Assembly (NCBI RefSeq): GCF_006345805.1
Contig: NC_043005.1
Location: 96,348,001-96,412,000 of the forward strand
Direction of reading: 5' to 3'
Source: Octopus sinensis
Taxonomy: Eukaryota
Length of the DNA stretch: 64,000 bases
Shown here in pieces: positions 39,530 through 52,259 of the stretch (the first letter of the stretch is position 1; each line of letters starts with the position of its first letter). Under the pieces are notes generated by a model. That model was not told the DNA's origin and did not search any database. It saw nothing but the letters and a program-made list of their open reading frames with translations. Both the position numbers and the translations under genes were made by a program.

Positions 39530-41610
39530 ATTCTAATTTTTGACAACATTGCTTTTAAAAAAATGAAAATTATACGAAAGACATGTAAAATATAACACCC
39601 TATTTCGGATCATCTATAAATTAAAAATCAAAGTAAGCCTATACAATATAATAACATGAAATAAACTAAGCCGAAGGTTTTTCCTAAGGAATATGTAGAA
39701 ATATAAACAAAATAAACAAAATATATGCATGAGACTTTGCTATACGGAATGAAATCTGCATAGCGCGAAACAAATCCATCGTTGCGTTTACATACTAGTC
39801 CAAGAATCAAAATCAAAGTTTCAAAACTCAAAAATACAAAATATATACTCAATCCATATGGTATATTTATGTTTGACATTTTAAATTTGGTTGCGTGCCT
39901 GCATAAGTTCATCAGCTCACTTCTTTGATTCAAAGAATTATTGTCTTTGAATAAAATATAAAGTTTCTCTAACAAGCAAAGATTGCATCTAAAATTATTC
40001 TTGTGTGCTCCATGCCTGTATGGTGCCGCTCTGTCCAGAATGCTTCATGTCACGTTGAAAGGTGGGGTTTCCTTTTCTTTTAGTTCTCAGACATATTTTG
40101 CTAGGCTGGTCCTCTTCCTATTATCTGGGTATTTAAATGAATTTTTATGCGAATAAAATTGCGTTTTAAACAAATTTTCCGAAGCCCCTGTATATGTCTT
40201 GTATTCCGATGAGCCTTCTATTTGTACCTTGGCTCTATAAACTACCCCTTTTACTAGACATTTCCCTTCTAACGGACAGGAGGATTCATTTATGCAATTG
40301 CATTTCTTAATGGGCTCGGCACCATGTTTAATCTCAATCAGATTCCTATTATGCTGGCTAATGTAAGAGGCAAAATTTCTCCAACAAGAATAGCTAACCT
40401 TCAGGGTTCTTCTATTAAATATCCTATAGAATTTATGGTCCTGCTTAAAATGCCTAGAGACTAATTTCAAAAATTCCTTACCTATATTAGTCTTTACGGC
40501 CAAATTGAAAGCCGGGTTGAACCACAAAACTTTCCTGGTCCTAGTTCTTCGCGCAGCATTATTATCAGCATTAAGCTGGTTGTACTGGATCTTCTCAGAG
40601 AATCCACTATTCCTTAATGCGCTATCGTAATAAGGTGCAGCATTATGGAATGCTGCCTCGTCCGAAGAAATTGAAGATATTCTTCTACCTACATTGCTGA
40701 CTAAGTTCCTAAGGATAACTGGTGGATGGTTCGAATCTTTGATAATAAACGATAGTTTTTCATTGGGCTTACGGTAAGGTTTAAATCTATCCGACCTTAC
40801 ATTAAAATTTACGTCTAAAAAAATCTACACTATTCAGGTTAGTATCTATTGTAACCCGTAAGCCCATCCTTTGAAAGAAAGCTATAAGGTCCTTCCTACG
40901 TCTATCTGATTCATGGCCGTTTAAATTATGGGTGGCTATAAGGCCATAATCCCTATATAAACCTGCATCTATAAACGGGAATTCTATTTTTAGATTATGA
41001 AGAATAAAGGCTCCTATGAGCATACATAACTCAGCCCCGTCATATGCCCCATCGGTACATCGAAAAGAGAATCCTCACTCTTCTTAATCTAGGTGGAATC
41101 CTCAAAAAAAAGAAGTGATTTCCTCGCATGCATGATAATATCAATTTCCGAGCTATCGATGCCGACATACTGCTTGGCGAAGTCCAATGCCCTTAGGAGT
41201 AACGTCCTAGATATTGACGGGTAAAAGTCAATAATATCGAATTGTGTAAAACTGCAATTATTCTTATAGCTAATACCTTTAAACCACTCTATGACAGACT
41301 TACTATTCTTCCAAATTCTCAAGTCTACTTCACTATCTAACTTAGTTAAAATACGGTCCAAAATATTTTTGCTAATAATGCCTATCTCAGTTTTAGCCGG
41401 ATTTATCAATCTACAATTGGGGTTTCTATTAAAATTGGCTTTATGGTCTTTTAGTGTAATAAAAGCTGGCCGTGGGGAAAGATATTCAATCCTATCACTA
41501 ATCTTAAGATTGTTAGCTATTCCTCTTGCTTCCAAATTCACCTCTTTGTATATATTTGTGTTATCTTTTTTGTATGTATCTGTGACACTATTCGAAATCA
41601 GGCGCTTATA
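39530..41610 (-). mobile_element. Penelope-like retroelement, decayed RT + C-terminal GIY-YIG ORF
   Basis: LKDHKANF, FDIIDFYPSI, FDVPMG/AYDGAELC, YRD(Y)GL, WFNPAF, CNC..CPL.GKC..VVYRA..YTG, LNQRSELMNLCRH. Contains stops and frameshifts. Confidence 0.9.
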
Positions 41611-41625
41611 TATATATATGGGTTA

Positions 41626-41670
<45 letters not shown>

Positions 41671-41692
41671 GGCTTTGTATTATTCCTGCTTA

Positions 41693-41915
41693 GCCCTTTA
41701 GCATTTGGATTACTCTGTCAAATATGAGTGCTTGTTTATTCCCATTGTTTCGAATTAATCCTTCATTATCGCATGACTGACATTTCCATGATGTGATTGT
41801 TTATTTTAGAATAACATTGTAGGATAGGTGTGAGAGGCCATATCTAGTCAGTTTGAACATAAAACAGGAAGAATATTTAGGCCCAATGTGGATGGTTTAA
41901 GTGCCAAAGGGGTTT
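41693..41915. mobile_element. Decayed MITE with CCCTTT-AGCATT termini in the presumed MPG 3' UTR
   Basis: Imperfect terminal inverted repeats CCCTTTTAGCATT / AGTGCCAAAGGG. Confidence 0.45.
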
Positions 41916-41990
41916 TACATTACATGAAAGCCAAAAATGTTCAGAGATTATCTTCTAAGACATTAAAACATTCTCATTTTTCATTTCATT

Positions 41991-42337
41991 TCAGTTGGCA
42001 TTTTTCACTGATACATATGGATTATATTTTATGAAAAATCGAAGTGGTTTATTAACCCATATTTCATCCCCAGTTATATTAATTCTTTTGGAAATGTCAA
42101 TCTCAGAATCTTCCACAGTATCTCCACTTGATAACCATAAACGGTTGCTGGTTATCAAATCTTCTTTGTTGAATGTTTCCTTAGTGACATCAAGAGCCTG
42201 ACAAAGTTTAGAAGGCCCACTACATAAGTTCTTCTCTTTTATTGGTTTCAAAGGGTTCTTTTTTGAACGCAAACTTTGCATTTTCTCAAGCCCTGATATG
42301 GGTTGAAGTGCTCGTATCAAAACAGCACAGCCATCTC
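41991..42337 (-). CDS. MPG: MPG coding exon 2 (GDGCAVLIRALQP...LCSGPSKLCQAL...KPLRFFIKYNPYVSVKNAN*)
   Basis: CTGCAG acceptor in phase 1, 347 nt to TGA. The joined CDS is 738 nt = 245 aa. Confidence 0.96.
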
Positions 42338-43168
42338 CTGCAGAAAACGAATTTTAATTTCAATTAAAAAAAATATTTCTATTGAGGTTTTTATCTTATA
42401 AATATGTCTGGTAAAATAGTCAACAATAAAAAATTAACTATTTTGAAATCAACGACATACAGAAAACATATATTAAGACCAAAATTTACAACTAAAAATG
42501 GTAGGTCAACTTACACAGTAAAATGACTTTGGAGGACTAAAAATTCCATATGAAATGGAATCCCTAAGTAGGGAGAAGGAGAGAGAGAGAACCATCAGTG
42601 TTCCCCACTGCCACTCATTTTGTTAAGTAACAATTAATTGAGTTGAGGTAGTTAACAAAAGAACAAAAAAACAATAACAAAGAATTATCACAAATCCAAT
42701 TAACATTTACAAGCAGTTTAGTTACAAACTACCATTATCAAGCTTTGCTGCCTATTTCATTAATAGTTTATAAATGTAATGACATATAAGAGAATTATTT
42801 TTAAACTGCCTCAGGTCAATTCTTAATCAACAAAATAAACTGTTGTTTAATTGACATTTAATGTTTATTAAGATTCAATTACATATTAACATGATTTTTT
42901 GAAAGTTTCTTTTGTAAGAGTTTAATTTTCTTTTTCTCTGGTTTATGACTTTATACCCAAGTCACAAGCAAGAGTGCTACACACAGTGTGGTGAATCTTC
43001 ATGTGGAGCTGAAATAACTTTTAGTTTTAAAAGTCAATCATAAAATAAGTCACAATACTTAGTGACAGAACAAACTGGCTATAGAGGCGATTCATTGGGT
43101 GAGATATTTCTATAATATATACAAGTGTTATATACTTCAGTAATATATGATATGCCTATAATTTATCA

Positions 43169-43875
43169 TAGGCGTAGGAGTGGCTGTGTGGTAAGTAGCT
43201 TGCTTATGAATCACATGGTTCCGGGTTCAGTCCCACTGTGTGGCACGTTGGGCACGTGTCTTCTACTATAGTCTCGGGCAGACCAAAGCCTTGTGAGTGG
43301 ATTTGGTAGACGGAAACTGAAAGAAGCCCGTCGTATATATGTATCATCATCATCATTTAGCGTCCGCTTTCCATGCTAGCATGGGTTGGACGGTTCAACT
43401 GGGGTCTGTGAAGCCGGAAGGCTTCATCAGGCCCAGTCAGATCTGGCAGTGTTTCTACGGCTAGATGCCCTTCCTAACGCCAACCACTCCGTGAGTGTAG
43501 GGGGTGCTTTTTACGTGCCACCTGCACAGGTGCCAGACAGAGCTGGCAAACGGCCACGAACGGATGGTGCTTTTACGTGCCACTGGTACGGAGGCCAGGC
43601 GAGGCAGGCAACGGACACAAATGGATGGTGCTTTTACGTGCCACCGGCACGGGGGCCAGGCGAGTGCGTGTTTGTGTGTGTTTGTCCCCCCAACATCGCT
43701 TGACAACCAATGCTGGTGTGTTTACGTCCCTGTAACTTAGCGGTTCAGCAAAAAACACCGATAGAATAAGTACTAGGCTTACAAAGAATAAGTCCTGGGG
43801 TCAATTTGGTCGACTAAAAGGTGGTGCTCCAGTATGGCCACAGTCAAATGACAAACAAATAAAAGAGTAAAGAGT
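43169..43875 (+). mobile_element. tRNA-derived SINE family 2 (GGCGTAGGAGTGGCTGTGTGGTAAG...) with a nested RTE-tailed SINE
   Basis: tRNA-like head, GGTTCAGTCCC B-box, internal microsatellite. Other copies near 4568, 5497, 11555, 17905 (-), 20139, 27390, 28392, 32850 (-). Confidence 0.85.
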
Positions 43876-45795
43876 ATAATATATTATGATAATATTCTAG
43901 CTTCGTTCAGTATAACTGTATACTGAATGGTTTAGCATAATGCTAATGAGAATAGTATTAAATTAGTATATGTTATCATCATCATCATCTGTTTTCCATG
44001 CTAGCATGGGTTGGACAGTTCGACCGGGGTCTGGTAAGCCATGGAGGCTGCACCGGGCTGCAGTCTGGCTTGGCAACCACTCCATGAATGTAGTGGGTGT
44101 TTTTTACGTGCCACCGGCACAGGGGCCAGAGGAGGCTGGCAAACGGCCACTATAGCACTATTCAGTATAACTATATACTGAATGTTTTGTTATAATGCTA
44201 ATGAGAATAGTCTTAAACAGGATTAAAATACCTTAAAATACCTTAACTAGTATACTGTCTGATAGAAATAGTAAGGTCTAAATATGTAAAAGAAAATAAT
44301 ATCAAGTTGTTGAGATTTATTTTTATTGTAGTAGCAAACAGGTTTAATTCTTGAAAAATTTGAATACAGTCATATTCTCTGAGTAAGGAAAATTCCAATT
44401 TTTGAAGTTCATATGGAATTAGTCTACCTACAGCTTTTTCAGACCCTGTGAGACCTATTCCTCTTGAACTCTACATGCTGATGGCTGTAGATAAAACATG
44501 AACAATGATGAAATTCCAGAAGTTATGGAGAGGAAATGGTTAGTGTATAGCTTGGAATGCATGGGGGGGGGGAGTGGGTGTCTTGCTTTCTTTCATCTGA
44601 CACAACATGGATGTAGAGAAAGAAACAAGAAAGTCAGGTGGTCCTGACACAAAGCAATGAAGTTGGAACAATGGTACAGGTTTAATTTTCATTTGCAATG
44701 AAGGAAGAATACAACAATGGTTTCAGTTTACAAATAATTGTGAGATTATCATAGTTTTTACTTGTCCTTTTATTTCTGTATTCCATAGGAAAGTAAAATA
44801 TTTGTACTAAATTGATGGTGATACAACAACATCATCATCATTGTATAACGTCCGTTTTCCATGCTGGCATGGGTTGGACGGTTCGACCAGGGTCTGGGAA
44901 GCCAGGAGGCTGCACCAGGCTCCAGTCTGATCTTGCAGTGTTTCTACAGTTGGATGCCCTTCCTAACACCAACCACTCCGTGAATGTAGTGGGTGCTTTT
45001 TACGTGCCACTGGCACAGGTGCCAGGGGAGGCTGGCAGTGGCCACGATTGGAACACATCTATATAATTAGTCATTGGGTAAATATTGCAGTGTAGGCAGA
45101 TAATCTCTGGGAAATTCAAGCCCAAAACTTGATTTCAAGTCTTAGTTATTTCACATAGCTAAAGAATTTGTTAAAGGGATAAGCATAACGCAATAGAATT
45201 TTCAATCTCTCCCACATCTATAAACTTAATATCTACATGGAGAGAAGTTAGTTAAATTCTATCCAGTAAGTCAGGCATTTTCTTTCTCTCTTCTTCACAA
45301 TCCGAATGCACTTCAGTTTAGAATGTCTGTAAACTAAATCTATATGAAATAAAAATTTACTTTGCATTCACAAACCCTTGGCATATTTTACTCCCCACTC
45401 CTTCATTTCAACTCTCAGACACACAATCAAGAGAAACATTTGTAATTCATAGATGTCTTTAATCAGTTAACTATTCAGGACCCCTAGTGAAACCACTGAG
45501 CACCCCTGTCACACTGCCAAATTCTGTTCTAAATAAAAAAAGGTTTGTCTATATTTCATCTCATGGTATGTTTGAAACCCTTACGTGATCACTTGGCCAC
45601 CAAGAAATAGCAGCTAAATCACATCCTACCATTTTAGAAAAGCAAAGACGCTGTAGCTAGTGTAGTTATAGAGTCCTAGATATACTATGCCTGAAACTGA
45701 AATAGGATTTTCTTGCCTGGAATTCCTTTGATCAGTAATATGTTAAATGAGAGCTAACCTGGAAATAAACAACATCAATAGGAAGGAAATCTTAC

Positions 45796-46186
45796 CAGAA
45801 CTTGAGATATTCATACAACTGTACATACCATATATGGTATACACATAAAGAGTTCCTGGAGGCATGAACATAGCTTCAGTCCGTTTTGTTCTTCTATTGT
45901 TGTAAGAATGGGAACATGCATCTTCAATGCCACAGTATGCTTCTGTTTCCACTATTTTACCACAAACCTGAGAGCCATCATCGAATGCTCGTACAATATA
46001 CTTGCCAAGAAGAGCTCTGCTAAGTTCTACACATTCTTTTTGGTAGAAAGTGCCTATAAGCCTAAGGCATGGATCAAACAGTTTTTCAATGCTTGAAGAA
46101 CTTTCCTCCTTGTTTTGTTTGGCAAAATATTTACAAGTGGTTATTTCAGAATCTTTATGCTCAGCTTGTCTCTTTTTTGGTGCCAT
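45796..46186 (-). CDS. MPG: DNA-3-methyladenine glycosylase (MPG/AAG) coding exon 1
   Basis: ATG at 46186 with an in-frame TGA 15 nt upstream. Motifs GKIVETEAY, SHS and YVYTIYGMYSCMNISS. G|GTAAG donor, 391 nt, phase 1. Confidence 0.96.
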
Positions 46187-46201
46187 ATTTCTTTGCTTTC
46201 A

Positions 46202-46260
46202 CTAAAGACAGCGAGAGATGAAAAGAAAGATATGAGAAAAATGTGAAAGAGAGCGATTGG
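46202..46260 (-). promoter_or_regulatory. Splice acceptor upstream of the MPG ATG (5' UTR intron)
   Basis: Long pyrimidine tract on the - strand ending TGTCTTTAG, 15 nt before the ATG. Implies an upstream non-coding exon. Confidence 0.6.
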
Positions 46261-46566
46261 GAGGAGATGAAAAAGTAGTGAAGACAGATACACACACATA
46301 GGTAATATATGATATATCGTTTATTTTTGACAAGTTTTAGCCATTGGACTGAAGCTATGCAGGGGCACTGCCTTGAACAGTTTTAGTTGAACAAGCTGAC
46401 ACCAGTACTAAATTTTTTAAGACAAATATATATTCTATCACTCCACTTTTGCTGAACCACTAAGTTATGGGTTACAGGGATATAAACCAAAATTGGTTGT
46501 TACGTGGTGGTGGACAGGGTAAACACAAACACTAAGACACACTCACATATGTATTATATATATATG

Positions 46567-47065
46567 ACTAGACTACCTGTGGCCTGTTGGATCACCAATA
46601 GTTAAAGATACCCCAAAAAAGTGTATCTTGGGAGCCCATGGTCCGATTCATGGAAAACTTGTTTTATTCCATTTGTATTCACATTTCTATGGTACCTTAC
46701 TTTCAAAGCATTTTCCCCATTATGCGCTGGTTTAACTATTTATAAAGGTATCCGAAAAAACTGTGTATCTCGGGAACCTATGGTCTGATTTACGCGAAAT
46801 GTGTTTTATTCTGTTTGTATTCACATTTCAATGGTACCCTACTTTCAAAGTATTTTCCCATTATGTGCCGGTTTAGCTGTATTAAATTACGGACAAGTGT
46901 GCATGCAAGCAAGTAAGCAGTCATAAAGGTGCCCCCCAAAAGTGCGTATCTCAGGAACCAGTGGTCTGATTTATACGAAACTTATCTTATTCCGTTTGTA
47001 CTCCCATTTCAGGGGCACCTTACTTTCAGAGTATTTTCCCATTATGTGTTGGTTTAACTATAGAA
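46567..47065. repeat. Three diverged tandem units (about 140-180 bp), DINE/Helentron-like internal repeats
   Basis: GTGTATCTCGGGAACC..GGTCTGATTT..TTATTC..TTTGTATTCACATTT..TACTTTCAAAG..TTTTCCC.ATTATG repeated near 46620, 46760 and 46940. Confidence 0.7.
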
Positions 47066-47243
47066 ACTATCTTAATTTTGTTAAATATAGCTATTTGTCT
47101 GTTCCATTATCAATCCTTACAATGTTCCTTCCTTATATAAAATATGACAATGAGTGTCATTGCCATACAAGTGATCTTTGCTTCCAATCTTCTGTCTGAC
47201 CCATGCAATTATGTATTATTTAAGGGAAAGAAATTTTTAGCTG

Positions 47244-48311
<1,068 letters not shown>

Positions 48312-48919
48312 GAATAAGTAGAAAACAAGAAATCTTCCATTAGCAATTTATCTGAAGAATTGCTAATGGGAGATTTCTTATAAGTTTTTCTACATGTATA
48401 TCAATCTAACTCATATTGGTGAAGAAACATACGTAATATGGAATAAACATTATTATTTTGACTGGCATTCGTTGCTAGTGGAGCGCTAAGAGTACCATAG
48501 GAGTGAGATCGTTGCCAGAGCAACAAGCTGGCCTCTGTGCCGATGGCATGTTAAACACACCATTTGAGGGTGATTGTTACCTGCGTCACCTTACTAGCAC
48601 TTGTGTTGGTGGCACGTGGAAAAAAAAAAACATTCGAGCGAGGTTGTTGCCAGTGCCGCTGGACTGGCTCCTGTGCAGGTGGCACATAAAAAGCACTATT
48701 TGAGTGTGGCTGTTACCAGTACCACCAAACTGGCCCTCGTGCCGGTGGCACATAAAAGCACCCACTACACTCTCAGAGTAGTTGGCGTTAGAAGGGCAAT
48801 CAGCTGTAGAAACTCTGCCAGATCAGATTGGAGTCTGGTTCGCCAGACCTCAGTCAAATCGTCCAACCCATGCTAGCATGGAAAGCGGATGTTAAATGGT
48901 GATGATTATGGCTTGGTTC

Positions 48920-49900
48920 CATCCCAGGCCACAATAACAAAGTCCACCTGTCACACTTCTCAGTCCATCATCATTGCCTTGAGGTCCCAGATACATTCCA
49001 GGCCAGTGTCTGCAATCAAGTTGTTGATGTGTGATGATGCTTCCCTCTTCTTACATCACCATGAAGTGGGTTCCACAAGAATAATTTGGATGCTTCCAGC
49101 AGAGGATGGCACACACAGTGACCTGATAGTCACAGCTGTGTTTGCCCAATCTTCTCATTAACTTTTTGCAGGTCTCTATAAAAGCAACCTATTTCTTTAC
49201 TACCCACAAGGGGCTAAACATAGAGTGGACAAATAAGGACAGACAAAGGGATTAAGCCAATTACATCGACCCCAGTGCGTAACTGGTACTTAACTTATCG
49301 ACCCTGATAAATTAAGGCGGCAAGCTGGCAGAAACGTTAGCACGCCGGGCGAAATGCGTAGCCGTATTTCGTCTGCCGTTACGTTCTGAGTTCAAATTTC
49401 ACCGACGTCGCCTTTGCCTTTCAGGGGTCGATAAATTAAGTACCAGTTACGCACTGGGGTCGATGTAATCGACTTAATCCATTTGTCTGTCCTTGTTTGT
49501 CCCCTCTGTGTTTAGCCCCTTGTGGGTAGTAAAGAAATAGGTACTTAATTTATCAACCCCGAAAGGATGAAAAGCAAAGTCGACCTCGGCGGAATTTGAA
49601 CTCAGAACGTAACGGCAGACGAAATACATCTACGCATTTCGCCTGGTGTGCTAACGTTTCTGCCAGCTTGCCGCCATCTCTATAAAAGCAATCATTTATC
49701 ATATGCTGCTGCCATTTCACATTTAGGGTCATATGTAACATCCTTGTGTAACATCCATTTAGTCTGTTTGATAATTTCTGTCTCAGTGTCCATGTTTTAC
49801 TGTCACATAATAGCACTGATTTGATTGTAGCAAATTTTCCAGTTTTCTCTTTTAATACGCAATTACTTTGCAAAAAGTACTTTCTAGTATTTAACAGCAT
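48920..49900 (-). mobile_element. RTE/RTEX LINE 3' fragment interrupted by SINEs
   Basis: FATIKSVLLCDSKTWTL..LNGCYTRMLHMTLNVKWQQH and LIADTGL..LKAMM. SINE cluster at 49189-49676 lies inside it. Confidence 0.75.
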
Positions 49901-50103
49901 TCTTCAATGTTTCCAACTTTGATATGGATCATAACATCTACGGATATACTTTGGAGAACTAGAAAATGCAGATATGCTTCATGAGAGCACAACTTGCACT
50001 ATAACTCTATCTACATACTATATATAATACTAGCAGAAATACCCGGCATTGCTCGGGATTACAATGGCATAGTTTGTATATATATTACAATTATGTTGAA
50101 ACA

Positions 50104-50404
50104 GTGGAGGCGCAATGGCCCAGTGGTTAGGGCAGCGGACTCATGATCACAGTTTCGATTCCCAGACCGGGCGTTGTGTGTGTTTATTGAGTGAAAACAC
50201 CTAAAAGCTCCACGAGGCTCTGGCAGGGTGTGGTGGCAACCCCTGTTGTACTCTTTCGCCCCAACTTTCTCTCACCCTTTCTTCCTGTTTCTTGAGTAAT
50301 GCTGCGATGGACTGGCATCCCATCCAGCTGGGAGGAACACACATGCCACAGAAACCGGGCCCATGAGCCTGGCTAGGCTTGAAAAGGGCACATAAATATA
50401 AAAA
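50104..50404 (+). mobile_element. tRNA-derived SINE family 3 with 12-bp TSD
   Basis: Head GGCGCAATGGCCCAGTGGTTAGGGC..GTTTCGATTCCC. Central GCGATGGACTGGCATCCCATCCAG resembles V-SINE-type cores. TATGTTGAAACA occurs at 50092-50103 and 50405-50416. Confidence 0.85.
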
Positions 50405-51295
50405 ATATGTTGAAACAAGTGATGTAGGAAAGTGAAGCATTGACGAGAAAACATTTGTGGAGTAAATGATGGGCTCTGTTTGGAGGAATTCAGGCCCTAA
50501 TCTGTCATGGAAAATTGGAGTTGTGGGGTAAGTGATTTTTGAATGCATTGAAAAGCTGTCAGTGGATATACTCTCCTTTGTGACGGTTGGGACTGCATCT
50601 AGCATGACCCATCGCATGGTTGACAGTCGAATGAATGTAGGTGTACATTCCGCAAATGGGCTACAATGGGAGATGGCAACGGGAAAGTGAACTGTTGCAG
50701 AAAGCGAAGGGTTGACATTGGATTGCTGGTGTGGCTGTGGAATAAGAAACATAAACTGAGCCACAGACAAACATTCATATACAAAATGTGATGATACTCT
50801 CATACATATAGTAAGACAGACATACATAGCTTTTCACCTCACTGGTAGTGGTGGTATAAAATGTCCTTTACTATCGTGTACATATTGAATGTGCAAACAC
50901 ACACACAGACACATACACACTCATATAAAATGTCCTGTACTATAGTTGACAAGAAAGATTATTTCTATGAAATGAAAAAAAAATATCATATGTTGACATA
51001 TATATGATTTATAATTCTCCTTTGACATAAAACAATGGAACCTTTGTAAGGTGCAGCATTAAATTTTGTTTCGAATATCTGTTCTTTAATATTATTATAT
51101 TTGATTTGATGGAAGGATGTTTTTTGACTTCCAAACATTTCCAGTGAATAAAAAAAAAGGTATGTCATGAAGGTCTAATAGGGTAAAAAAAAGTTATTAA
51201 TAATGTGGCAGCAGTCTTCTGAGAATTTATACAGAAATACATGACCCTTGTTAACTGGTCTGGAACCAAGAATGCTGGAAAATTGGTTGTGTGCC

Positions 51296-51328
<33 letters not shown>

Positions 51329-52221
51329 TGACTGTACAGACAGCGTGTGTGTAGATAAATTGTAAGTTCACAAACATTGTAGTCTTGCTGCGTAAATAAC
51401 CAGTTTCGAGTGTTCACTGGTTTAGGCCTTCAGAGAGAAGCAACAGTTTAGAGTAATGAGCAACGAATGAGCAGTTTAGAGTAATGGTCATAATCCCTGG
51501 TTGCCATTAGCGGAGTTCAATCTGTTTCAAACAATCGGACAAGTTCTACTAGTCATTTCTTTCTTTATTACCCACTAGGGGCCACGAAGAGGGAACATTA
51601 CAAAACATGGGGGACATAAAACAATGCGATTAAAATTATGATTAAATGAATGTTAAAATGAAAAAATGATAACATGAAAGCGATGCTAACGGCCCCCTCC
51701 TCCAGCATCACTTACCTTTCCGTTTCCTATCACGATTCCAAAGTCTTCACCTCACCTTTCATTTCTCTCTCATACCTCTCATCATATCATCCTTCATATA
51801 TGCTGAAAAACAATTTATACGTAGTTCATTACACTTGCTCATCAAAGAGCCCATAAGTTCAAAATCGAACACCGCATAGCTTCCGTCCTCATACTCCTGC
51901 CATACATTGTCTTCAAAAAGCCTTCTTGCGTTCTCTGTATCCCCCTTCCTCACAACACATAAAAAGTAGGACTAGGGCTTTTGTATGTTCTGTGTGTCTG
52001 TTTTCGTTTTTCTTGTAGGCGGGGAGTGGGTGGGATTGCTGTTTGCAGGGGCATGTTCTACTAGTCATTGTGGCGCTGAAAAATGGTCCATGAAGTTGTT
52101 TTTTTTAATTTTTAACGACCATATTAAGACGTTGAGCATGTTTTTTTTCTATCTATTTACATATATATATGGAGCAATAAACGGAAATTTGACTCTCTCT
52201 CTCTCTCTCTTCTCCATACAA

Positions 52222-52259
<38 letters not shown>

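Noticed and set aside
39530-41610. Possibility that in-frame stops in the PLE are selenocysteine codons as in Naiad PLEs
   Set aside because: The GIY-YIG is C-terminal (not the Naiad layout), and the breaks include TAG stops and frameshifts.
51711-51953. 64-aa - strand ORF with a nearby strong AAG|GTAAGT donor
   Set aside because: No recognisable homology and a stop precedes the donor. It could be an MPG 5' UTR exon or a TE relic, but neither is supportable.
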